This document shows positions 1-11,300 of a DNA stretch of 64,000 bases, in pieces. A program made the position numbers and the translations under genes. Positions within the stretch are counted from its first letter, which is position 1. The number at the start of each line of letters is the position of its first letter. The stretch is taken from assembly GCA_041662625.1 (NCBI GenBank), contig JBAZSB010000003.1, forward strand, positions 38,552 to 102,551, given 5' to 3'. The stretch comes from Patescibacteria group bacterium (GTDB taxonomy: Bacteria; Patescibacteriota; Patescibacteriia; Buchananbacterales; UBA6539). The notes below the pieces were generated by a model, which worked only from the letters and a program-made list of their open reading frames with translations, was not told the DNA's origin and did not search any database.

Positions 1-283
1 GTGTGCCTGGGACACCGCTTAATTTTTTTGCCTGAACTTCCCAAAGAGTCGCGCAGCCGATGATATCCCCGCAGATTGGACAAGTATTATAGCAGGTTAC
101 AGCATCTTCTTCGTCCAAGGTGCATTTCAACGGTTGGGAACCTAAAATCAGTAGGCCGGCATCTTTACCACCAAATGATTGAGCAGTAATTGCCCAGGCC
201 GCCAGGCCGGCGACAATTGCAATAACTAAAATAGCGATGAAAATATTAATTTTTCTGTGCATTAGGCCTTCAAAGTAAATCAT
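1..283 (-). CDS. Partial Cys-rich secreted or membrane-anchored hypothetical protein (runs off the window start)
   Basis: ATG at 283-281 on the minus strand opens a frame reading MIYFEGLMHRKINIFIAILVIAIVAGLAAWA...CYNTCPICGDIIGC... with no stop before position 1. It has an N-terminal hydrophobic helix. Not in the ORF track because it is truncated. Confidence 0.7.
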   Translation of the reverse strand, partial: MIYFEGLMHRKINIFIAILVIAIVAGLAAWAITAQSFGGKDAGLLILGSQPLKCTLDEEDAVTCYNTCPICGDIIGCATLWEVQAKKLSGVPGT

Positions 284-348
284 AATACTTTGATTATAGC
301 ATAGAATAAGAAATTAAGAAAATAAAAAATTAAGAAATTATTTTAAGG

Positions 349-394
349 GTAACCCGACTTTGGTCGGCCTTTAAAGCCAACTAAAGTTGGTAGC
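349..394. repeat. REP/REPIN-like doublet of palindromes
   Basis: GTAACCCGACTTTGGTCGG followed by an inverted, diverged copy GCCAACTAAAGTTGGTAGC. Each half is a short hairpin. Confidence 0.55.
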
Positions 395-420
395 ATTTTA
401 TTGTCATTTGTTAAATATTG

Positions 421-518
421 AGGAATCAAGAATCAAGAATTATGAATCAAGGGGGATAAATCGAGAGTGAAGATTTAGTTTAAGCAACCATAATTCTTAA
501 TTCATGATTCATAATTCG
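421..518. repeat. Inverted arrays of degenerate heptamers (empty element)
   Basis: Left array AGGAATC/AAGAATC/AAGAATT/ATGAATC. Right array ATAATTC/TTAATTC/ATGATTC/ATAATTC ends just before the rsmA ATG. Confidence 0.8.
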
Positions 519-524
519 ATAGCT

Positions 525-1370
525 ATGCCTAACTCAGCTATTAACCAAGTTAAACAAATCTGCCGTGCTTACAATATCAATCCCTCGCGCCAAAAGGGTC
601 AGAATTTTTTAATTAATCCGGAGATAATCGAAAAAATTATCCAAGCCGCTGATCTCAAGAAGAGTGATACGGTTTTAGAAGTTGGCCCAGGTTTAGGAAT
701 TTTAACTGAAGAGTTAGTCAAACGAGTTAAAAAGGTAATCAGCGTTGAGCTGGATAAAAAACTTTTTGATTTTTTAAAGGTAAAATTCGCTGGGGTAAGT
801 AACTTGGAATTAATCAATGCCGATATTTTACGGTCACCGGTTACCGGTTGCCGGTTACCGGTTTATAAAATCGTTTCTAACCTGCCTTACAACATTACCT
901 CGCATTTTCTTAGGAAATTTTTAACGGCTAAAAACCGGCCGGCTGGAATGACTCTTTTGATTCAAAAAGAAGTGGCTCAAAGGATTTGTGCCCCAGTTGG
1001 GCAAATGAGCCTTTTGGCTTTGTCAGTTCAATTTTATGGCCAGCCAAAAATTATTGATTTTGTTAAACGGGATAATTTTTGGCCGACGCCAGAGGTCGAT
1101 TCAGCAATCTTGACAATCAGTAAGATTAAAAATCAACAAGCAGTGGATAACTATTTAGCCGGAGTAAACGAAGAATTCTTTTGGCGAGTTATTAAAATTA
1201 GTTTTTCGGCTAAAAGAAAACAAATACATAATAATTTGGCCGCCGGCCTGCATTTACCTGATGAGGAAATAAAAAAAATGCTTAAAAAAGCCAATTTTGA
1301 CCCGAAAATTCGTGCCCAAAATCTTAGTTTGGCTGATTGGCTTGCGCTAGTCAAAAGTTTAAGCCTCTAG
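525..1370 (+). CDS. rsmA: 16S rRNA m6,6A dimethyltransferase KsgA/RsmA
   Basis: GQNFL, VLEVGPGLGILT, VELD and SNLPYNITS motifs. ATG 525 preferred because the ORF-track start at 504 lies inside the repeat array. Confidence 0.97.
   Translation: MPNSAINQVKQICRAYNINPSRQKGQNFLINPEIIEKIIQAADLKKSDTVLEVGPGLGILTEELVKRVKKVISVELDKKLFDFLKVKFAGVSNLELINADILRSPVTGCRLPVYKIVSNLPYNITSHFLRKFLTAKNRPAGMTLLIQKEVAQRICAPVGQMSLLALSVQFYGQPKIIDFVKRDNFWPTPEVDSAILTISKIKNQQAVDNYLAGVNEEFFWRVIKISFSAKRKQIHNNLAAGLHLPDEEIKKMLKKANFDPKIRAQNLSLADWLALVKSLSL
831..865 (+). repeat. Heptamer tandem repeat (5 units) inside rsmA
   Basis: CGGTCAC CGGTTAC CGGTTGC CGGTTAC CGGTTTA, encoding RSPVTGCRLPVY in the loop before NLPY. Confidence 0.9.
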
Positions 1371-1393
1371 TTTATTAATGGCCCTAAAAACCC

Positions 1394-1423
1394 TTGCTTT
1401 ATTAGAGGTTTTTCTGCTATAAT
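1394..1423 (+). promoter_or_regulatory. Sigma70-type promoter for the surface/T4SS-like locus
   Basis: TTGCTT, 18 bp spacer, extended -10 TGcTATAAT, upstream of the 1485 ORF. Confidence 0.6.
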
Positions 1424-1484
1424 ATACTTAAGTCAAAGTAAAGATTCCTTTCGGATTTTAGCTTTAATTTTAAAGAAAAAAGAG

Positions 1485-2333
1485 ATGGCTTTCCGTAGTG
1501 GAAAAAAAGAAAAGTTTACCATTTTAGAGGAAATTTACCACGATGATACGTCTCCAAAAAAGTCAAAAAGGTTATTTCGGGACTATTTCCAAAACGCAAA
1601 ATTGGTTAATAATCTATTGGTCTCTGGCATTCTTTTTTTTGGCCTAGCCGCACTGGTGCTAGGTTTTTTTCAATTTCGCTACCAAATTAATAAGGATATT
1701 TTTGCTAAATTTCAGCCAAATGCAGCAGTTAGTGGGCCGGAAGATTTATTGGGACTAAAAGATAAAGATACTGACCAAGACGGGCTTTCTGACTATGATG
1801 AACTATATGTTTACCTTTCCAGTCCTTATCTCCAAGATACTGATTCTGATGGCATTAATGACCAAAAGGAAGTAGCGATAGGCAGCGATCCAACTTGCCC
1901 CGAAGGCCAGAACTGTTTTGCCTTTTGGAATCCCGGTTCGGCATCCACTCAAACTAATGATGCCAGCGATTTATTCTTAAGTAATCAGATATCTTCGCTT
2001 CAGTTGCGTGAAACCTTAAAACAAGCAGGAATGACTGATGATGAGTTGGCTCAATTCACCGATGAAGAATTGATGCAGTTATATCAAGAAGCCTTGGCTG
2101 GGATGCAATCAGGCAGTGAACAAACCGACACTGCAGCCGTTGATTTATCAGTGACTAATCCGGCGGATTTGACCCCGGATCAAATTCGGCAATATTTAAA
2201 AGAAGCTGGAGTTTCTAGCACTCTTTTAGATCAAGTCACTGATGAAGAGTTGATGAATCTGGCTAATGAATCTTTAGAGGCGCAAAATCCGGCCGCTTCG
2301 TCAAATCTGTCTAATACGAATGCGAATCAATAA
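1485..2333 (+). CDS. Membrane-anchored protein with thrombospondin-3-like Ca-binding DxDxDG repeats
   Basis: One TM helix, DTDQDGLSDYDE and DTDSDGINDQKE motifs, and two LRxxLKxAG helical repeats. Confidence 0.75.
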   Translation: MAFRSGKKEKFTILEEIYHDDTSPKKSKRLFRDYFQNAKLVNNLLVSGILFFGLAALVLGFFQFRYQINKDIFAKFQPNAAVSGPEDLLGLKDKDTDQDGLSDYDELYVYLSSPYLQDTDSDGINDQKEVAIGSDPTCPEGQNCFAFWNPGSASTQTNDASDLFLSNQISSLQLRETLKQAGMTDDELAQFTDEELMQLYQEALAGMQSGSEQTDTAAVDLSVTNPADLTPDQIRQYLKEAGVSSTLLDQVTDEELMNLANESLEAQNPAASSNLSNTNANQ

Positions 2334-2335
2334 AA

Positions 2336-5300
2336 ATGATAAAAGAAATTAAGCCAAAACTGAATTTGCCCGCCGCTACTCAGGAAGCTGACCAAACCAT
2401 TTCAAACAAATGGTTTTTAGCGTTTAAAAAAATCGTCACGGAAGTGGTTCTGGTGAGTATGGTTTTAAGTTTAATTACGCCAGCATTGATCTACCCGGAG
2501 CCGGCACGGGCATCTAATCCAACTGGTGCCCCGCCAGTGACCAAGCAATACCCGCCTAAGCCGACTGAAGTGCAAGTTCATGATGCTAGCGGGGTTAAAG
2601 TTATTCAAGATGAATCAGGTAAGACGCAAGCAGAAGTTAAAAAAGGGACTGATAATGTTACCGAAGCCCAAAAAAAAGATACCAAAGAGCTCACTAAATG
2701 GGAAGTTTTTAAGAAAAATTTGGATAAGATGTACCAGAAGTTAAGAAATGCTGTTAAAGTCGCGGCGGCTGAAGCTTTCAGTTATATGTTGAATACCTTT
2801 GCTTATGATACGGCGACTTGGCTGGCTTCTGGTGGTGAAGGCCAGCAGCCGATGTTTTTTACCGAAGATTGGGGTGAATATTTGACCAATTTGGTTGATA
2901 ACGCGGCTGGTACATTTTTAGAAAAGTTAGGTAACAATAGTTGGATCAATCTTAACCTTTGTACCCCTTCACTCGGCCTTAAAATTAGTATTGGTTTAGG
3001 CTTAGGTAATCTGCGGCGGCCTAAACAGCCAGATTGTACCGTCACTAAGATGATTAAAAATTGGAAGAGCTGGGCCGAGAGTCCTAATTTTTTGAGTCAA
3101 TTTGATGATATTTTTGATCCTAAGAGCAATGATATTGGCATTGCTGCGAAGGCTTTTGGTCTTTATTACCAAAAAGTCGAGGAAGATTGGTTAGCTGGTA
3201 TTTTTAGGCGCAAAGAAGGTGAAGGCTTCAAGTCAGTGGGTGATTCAATCGCCGATACCATTCTTACTCCCGGTACCGTAACAGCTGAAGGCGCTAAACA
3301 ATTAACGCGAACAGAAACCGGGTCAAAAGGGGAAGAAGTTAAAGTTGAGTATGGTAATATTTTCAATATCGCCATCGCGACTTTTATTAATACTTTATTG
3401 GGTAAACTTTTCGAACGATTATTTAAGAAAGGATTAGTCAGTTCAAAGGACGACAAGACCATTGATCTTTCCGGCCTTGGTAACCTTTTGGCCCGAGGGG
3501 CGACTAATCAGGATTTATATACAGGCGAGTCAGGTATTGAACTTTATAGCGGCGAAAAAGCGGCTCGATTACGCTTTCTTGATTTATTGCAAGCCGGTGC
3601 CAAGCAAGGTGGGGCTTATGATGTCTTAACCAAATTAGTTTATTGTTCTGATCCGGAGAATCCCGGACCGGATGAATGTGCGATCAAACAAGATTTTCGT
3701 TCAGCCATAGAAAGGAAATTAACTTTAAGAGAGGCAATTGATCAGGGTTTAATTGATGGCAATGCTCCTTTTGGTTTTATGGATTGGGATGCTAGTGCTC
3801 TTTACCGGGGTATATCTTATCGGAGCATTACGATTTTACGGACTTTTCGTGTGGTTCCAGTCGGCTGGGAAATTGCCGCCCAAACTATAAATAAATTTGA
3901 CCCTGGTAAGACTTATAGCTTGAATGATTTAATTGCTCGCTTCGCGGATGAAAGTTCAGATAATCTTTTCTATGGTTTAATTGACCCAGAATGGGTTTTA
4001 ACCTTGCCTGACCATTTTTGCAAATTGGAAGGTTACGGTTCGAAAGTTGTTTATGAAGGTGTAATTGGTGGTGATGATGCCAATAGTGATGGTGATTTTA
4101 CTGATGCTAACGATGTCCCACCCCAACGGACGGTTGGGCGGGCGGAATACTGCGCGGATTATCAAAGCTGTCTCCAAAAAGACGAGAGTGGTAATTGCCA
4201 GTATTATGGTTATTGTACTGAAGAAAGACGAATTTGGGATTTACAAGGTAAAGGCTGTAAACCCTACTTTAATACTTGTCAGACTTTTCAGCGCAGCGAT
4301 AATAAAGTTTTTAGTTTTTTGGAAAATACCTTGGACTTTAATGGCTGCAGCGCTGATAATGCCGGCTGCCAATGGTATTGTCAGGTCTTTAATCCTAGTA
4401 GTGATATTTGGACCTGTACTAATGAGCATATTGTAATTGATCCGGCCACCGGCGCAATTGATGCTGAACGTGTCTTAAAGCCCTGTAATTTGGCTGGCGG
4501 TTGTCTGGTTTCTACTAGTTGTGAAATAGCGGAAGGTGACAGTAGCTGTGTCGACAACACCAATGGCACTAATCTTTCTATTAGCAATTCTTGTAATTCC
4601 GGGTCAAGATGGTGGGTGGGTGATAAATGTATAATTAATCCTGCTGATGCTTTGTGTACGATTAAGCAGGGTGATGTGGGCTGTACTCTTACTGGCTGTG
4701 AATCGTTTGCTAATTTATTGCTTAATCCAAGTTTTGAAACCGCTGCTTCGCCTGGCAATCTAGCTGATAAATGGAGTACCAGTAGCGGTAGTTTAACTTA
4801 TTTTGAACGCGCAGCCGGGGCCAGTGAAAGAATCCATGCTGGGAAAAATAGTTTACGCTTTTTTAGCTACGGTTTATCTGTTAATGAAACAGTTAGTGCC
4901 GCTGAATTAGAACTACCAGTCGGCAATTATTATACTTTTTCCGGTTACGTTTATGATTATTTAAATGCCGGGGCAATTACTTTGGAAGTGGGAGGAAGTG
5001 GTGTTACCTCAGCTCAAAGCCGGGTGAGCACCAAAGGCAATGGCTGGCAGTTACTAACTTTTGATTTTTTAGTCGATAAGGAGAGTTCACCTGGCAGCGG
5101 CAAAGGAAAAGTTCAAGTAAAAATTATTGTTAGCGGTGATCAGGTCGGCGGGACAGCTTGGTTTGATGATTTCAGAATTACTCAAAGTTGTGTTGTGGAA
5201 AATGTCACTTTAACTTTGATTGGCACTGTTGGCGTCAATGAAAGTAAAATTCATCTAGATCGTGATGCCCAAAGTTGTGATGCCCAAAATGTCGGCTGTT

Positions 5301-8300
5301 CTGAATTAATCCGGACACTCCCGAATTTTGGCACTAATTTGGTGCCTAATTCCAGTTTTGAAGATTGGTCCGATCCTAGCGGCGTACCCCAAGGCTGGCA
5401 AACCGGTGAAAATTGGAACAGCGCTAACACTAGTTTCGAGCAGGCTGAAGGATATAGTGATAACTATAGTCTGAAATTGATTAAAAAAACCATTAGCACT
5501 AATGATGATAATTTTTCCCGAGATTTTGAAATTCCACTTTTTGCTTTAAAGCCCAATACTACCTATCGTGTTTCCTTTATGGCTAGGTCTGACCAAGATG
5601 CGGCTGCTAGTGACAGACTTTGGTATACAGAGATTTTATCAAACCATAATCCTGATTATTATTGCAGTTTGGATCAAGCTGAAAATTGTTACATCGGTAC
5701 GGTAGACGAAAATGAAGCACACTGTACCAGTCTTAATAAAGGGCATTGTGTATTTGATTATGATGGGGTGTTTATAGGCAGCCAGAGATTATTCCCACTC
5801 ACCGACGAGTGGCAGCAATTTGTTTCTGCTTCATTTACGACTCGTCACTTTAGTTATGATTTTAAATTTTCGATTTCGAGTCACTATACTAACCCAGCTA
5901 AACCACTTTATATCGATAATGTTCAAGTTGAAGAAGTGGAAACTAACAATGCGGCCGTTTCTAGTTACAGTGATTATGGCACGAAAAATTTAGTTTATCT
6001 TAAAAAACCGCCGGCCACTTTAGCCTGCCATGGCTATACTATTGACCGACCCAGCCCGGATGTTTTAACTGGTGTCAACCAAACCCAATGTAACGGAGAA
6101 AATATGGTCTGGCGGAAGTTCTGTGCGAATGCGACTGATGCCACTGACGCTGGTGAAGCTTGCACTAATAACGGTGAATGTGACAGCAACAGATGCAATC
6201 CCCAAGGCGCCAACGGCTGTGATGCTTCGGGTCAATTCTGTTGTCATTATACTGATTGGCCCGAGTGTTCTAATTTTGCCATGTACTGTCAGGAAGATGA
6301 AGTGGGCTGCGAACTTTACCGGCCTGTACTTGGCGGTCAGTCAATCCCCGCCAAAGTATCAATTCAAGATTATTGTCCGGCTGAATGCGTGGGTTACGAA
6401 GCTTATAAACAATCAACTAGTCATTTTGAAAGCCAGGAATCTTTGGAGTATTTTATTCCAAAAACAGCTAAAAGTTGTACGGCTAGCCAGGTTGGCTGTA
6501 CTGAATTTACCAATTTAGATGAGGTCGCTCGAGGTGGGGAAGGTAAAGAATATTATCAATATTTGCGTCAGTGCCGTAAGCCGGATCAGTCTGATGCCAA
6601 TTGCCAAAATTTTTACAATTGGCAGGGCTCGGATGAAACTGGTTACCAGTTGAAATTATATAATCTGACCGGCCAAACCCCAAGCGGGGGAGCACCCTTA
6701 GAGGTCAATACTGATCCGACGTTGTGGCCGACTTATTGGTGTGAGGTCAAAACCGATAGTGGTACTAATGGTCCCGATTGCTGTGATGGCCCAGAAGATT
6801 TAGCTGCTAATCCGTTCTGTAAAGAATTTTATGCCGCTAGTGGTGAGATTTATTATCGAATCTATGCCAATACCATCAGCTGCTCGGATGATTGTCATCC
6901 GTTGCGCCAGACGCGTTTGGAAAAAGATGAAAGTTTAGCTCGAGCTAATTGTGATAATACTAAGGGTACATGGGAGGGAGATGCCTGTGTTTATCACGCA
7001 ATACCGCAAGAAGGAACTCGTTGTTCAGCTAGCGCGGCTGGTTGCCGGGAATATCGCGGTAATGCGGGTGGCAATATTTTCACCGCTTTTGCCGATAATT
7101 TTGAATCCGGCGATACAGTTGGTTGGCGTTTTGGCGCCATCAGCAGCGAGGCTTTAAGTATTACCGGCCATTCAATCAAAACCCAATTACTCGGTTCTGA
7201 CACTGATAGTAATGGCACGATCGATACTTATGACAAAAGGGTAGTAACTTCTTGGGCCAGTTTATGGAAAGCCGGAACAACTGAATACATTAACGCTAAT
7301 ATTGTCTCCTGTACTGATACCAATTCAACCGACGTTCCATTTTGTGATACTACTCATACCAGTAATTGTTATGATCTGCAATTGGGTAAGTGTATTGCCA
7401 AGGAAACGGAGAATAATGAGACTTGCTACGTGGCTTTGGGTGAAAAAAGTTGTGGTGTAATGGGTAATGTTTTATTACCTAGTCGGACCTATCTGATTTC
7501 TTTCTGGGCCAAGAATGCCAGTGGGGTGGCAGATATCACCCTTGATTTGCTGGGAGCGGTTGATCCAGCGCCATTAGCTACTATCAGTCTCAGTCCCGAA
7601 TGGAATTATTATAGCCTCGGCCCATTTACTACTAGAGCTCAGCCTGATTTTGACTTAAGCGCCCGCTTGCGTTTCATAGGCTCAGTGAGAGACAGTAATC
7701 CCGATAGCCCTAGTCTTGTTGATTTTTATGTTGACAACGTGGAAATTAAAGAAGTGGCTGATTATGTTTATGTCATTAAGAATTCCTGGCAGACGCCAGC
7801 CAGTTGCGACACTAATCCTTGGACTTTGCCCCAGCCAACTCCCGCCCCGCAATTTATGCTTGGCTGTAAACAATATCTTGATTCTTATAGCCGGACCCAT
7901 AATTTAAAATCTTTTACCAATCTATGCCGCCTTGAGGCCGTTGGCTGTGAAGCTTTAATTGATACCTTTAATTTAACTTCACCTTTTGCCAAAGTCTTTA
8001 ATGAAAATGATGCTAATTCTGATGTCAGTATTCCGGCCGATCGGTTAGTTTATTTGGTCAATCGGACTAATTATCAGTGTCCTTCGACCAAGAAAGGCTG
8101 CCAAGCCGTTGGCCAGCCGACTATTAATGTTAATCAGGAAGCAGTTAATTATAAAACCGCTTATTTAATTAATGATCCCAATCAGTATAGTTCTTCCTTA
8201 TGTTCTAATCCTGAGGTGGGTTGTGAAGAATGGAGTACTGGCAATGGCTTTTCTTATTTCAAAGATCCGGGCCAACGGGTTTGTGAATACCGTTTAGCTC

Positions 8301-11300
8301 CAGGCCAAACTCAATCTAACTGGTTTAAATTTGGTTCAAGCGCTCAAACCGGCGATTGTCCTTTGGTTCAGCCATCCGTTGGTGTGCCACATCCGACTGA
8401 CAACTGGGTTGGCCTCTGTGCATCTGAAGCCAGCTCCTGTAACCAATTTATTGATCCGGTGAGTTTAATGAGTAAGAATTTAGTCTTCAATGCTGATTTC
8501 AAAACTAATGTGGTTACAACCGATACGCCTGATGTGCCGGACGGCTGGCAGGCTAATCTGACGACCGACGGTTTAGTTCAGTCTCTGAGCCTTCAACATG
8601 GTAATTTGTATACCTTGAGTTTTACCAGCAATAAGAATCTTTCTCTGGCAGATAATGATTTACATTTTGAAATTAGGAATTGTCCGCAAATTACTTCTTT
8701 TGATCATTCCTTAAATAACGTTTGTATTAATACTGTTACGGGGGAGCCGGTTCAGCCGCAGAAACTTTGTCAGAGTGATGACAATTGTGATGTGACTAAT
8801 CATCAAATTTGTTCGACTAATGTTTTGGTGATTTCACAAGGGGCTTATACCGGGGATAGTCGGACTTCCACTCAAATCGATAACTTTCCCCAAAATCAGA
8901 TCAGTTATTCTGGCAGAGTTTTTGTCACGCGTGATTGCAACGCTAAAATTATGATTACCAATGTGGGTGGGACGATTGAGAGTATTATTGGTACTGCCGC
9001 TAACAATTATACCGACGGACTGGTCAAAGAAGTAGCCTTAAGAAAAACCGACATTAATTATGTTTTAGCTGATTCGGTTGATAAGCGTAGTTGTAATGGC
9101 ATTGTTGATCCGGAAAGATATTGCGTTTTATTTAATGATCGCAGTGAGGTTAATTATAAATTGGGTGAAGATGACTTTAGTTACTTAGGTTTTGATGCTG
9201 ATGTGAGCGGTATTAATGTCAATAATGGTCTGCCGGTTTTACAATGCGCGGGTAACTGCGATTCTAATGCCGTTTTAAATGTTAGACCCGATCGAACCTG
9301 CGAAACCTGGCTGGCTTGTAACAGTTATGCCACCGTCGTTAACGCCGAAGGCGGGGAAGAAAGGCAGTGTTTAAACCTTGGCCTCTGTAATCTTTTGGCC
9401 GATGACGGTAGCTGTCTTAACTTTTTGGAAACTAGCCACGGCGACGCCCGAAAAGATTTTTATCAAGAACCCGAACAAATCCAAAATCTAAGCGGCTACA
9501 GTAAAGCAGGCTTGGAAGTCAGCGATACCTTTAATAAGACTATTTATGGCTATTACCCTTATGTGGAAATGTCCCAGGAAGGGGGAGCAACTAGTATTAC
9601 TAATAGCAACTTTGATTCAGTCTTTTCCGAAGGCAAAGAGCCGCTGGGTTGGGCCGAGTATGAATCTAAGGACAGCCAAGGTTGGCAAAATTTTAAATAT
9701 ACTATTGGTACTGATTTTAACTCGGCTTTGGAAGGTGGCTATTTGCAACTCAACACTTTTTATCAGGTTGTTTCCGAAGACGTTGATTTGGAAAAAGGAA
9801 CCAATTATATTTTGGGCGGCTGGATTAACACTTTGGAATTAAAGCATAACAACCTTAATGATTCCCAGCTTTTCACTCAGATTTGCTATAAACTTAATAA
9901 TCAGCTTGATTTAACTTGTCCGCCGGAATTGAAAGTTTTTGCTGGTTTAGGTTGGCAATATGTGACGGCGACATTCAACTCTGCTGGTAGCACTGCTTTG
10001 AAGATCGTACTGAAAAATAATGCCGGTGATATTTTGGCTTGTCGTGACGGCCATGAGGATACGGCGTGCGCCATCAGCGGTTATTCTTTGCTTGATGAGA
10101 TTTTATTAAAGCCAGTCTTAAAGGTAAAAAATCAGACTCCTGATAATTTGCGTGATTTTATTGCCCGGAGCTGCCGGCTTTATCCAGATTTTGATTCGTT
10201 AGCCTGTCAGTATTTTGAAGAAAATGTTTTGCATCGTGGTATTTTTGGCTACTGCCTGACGCAAGATCCAAATAATTTAAAACAGTGCCTCCAGTGGTGG
10301 CCAGTTGATCAGATTGGCGGCCAGTTAACGGATGAAATTTTGGCTTATAATATTCAAAGCCCGCTTTATTATTGTGTAGAGAAAGGTGAGAGACAAATCT
10401 TTAGTGAAGATACTGAATTCTCTTTTCTAGTTTCTGATTTTTCCGGTAATTTTACCGATGCTTATGGCCTCAGTGCCCAACTTGTACCTTTTGAAATATC
10501 TGAAGATTATCGGCCAGCTTTTCGTTACCCTTATGTCCGGCAATTTAGTGTTCGCCCCCAAATTTTCCCGCGTAATGATTGGCTTATTCCAGGTGTTGGT
10601 TTTAGACTCCTGGCTTTGGGCGATACGTTAATTGAAGTTAATATTTTTGGTGATCAGGGCCTTAAGAATGATCCTTTTGATTTGACCATTGGCCCAACTG
10701 GAAATAGAGGAATTTTGTTAGCTCCTTGGGGAGTACTAGTTGCGATCCCAGTTGAAATGCTTTACGCTTTTATTGCGGCTGATCATGGAGCATTAGATAT
10801 GGATGCACACTATATTGGAGAAATGAATGAAGGGATTGAGTCTTTGGGTCTTGGTGAAATTTTACCGGATAATGCTGTTGAACTTAATCTTTATTTCATC
10901 TGGTCTTGGCCTAACGGTATAAATCCGGAAAATATCGGGCGGGCCGAAAGTACCATCCAGACTCTGCGGCAAGTTGGTGATATTGCTAAGTTACTTTTAG
11001 CCCTTGGCGGGGCGAGTGCTAATTCAGCTCAACATGATGACGCCTGGGAAGAAGAAGGTGTTCCCGTATTTGGTATTTTGGAGGGAGAGGAGACGAGTCT
11101 CAATATTGTTTTTGGGTCGCTGGTTGGTGTCAAAATAGCGACAGAGCAGGATCCAATGTATAGTGGCATTGCTGAAGATCCGGTACCTGATATCCCGGGG
11201 GATATTTATGGTGGAATAGTAGTGATGGTGGAGGAAACTACCGATGGTGATTTGGCGCCGGGAATGAAACTTGATTTCATACCAAGTGAGGCCAAAGCCG

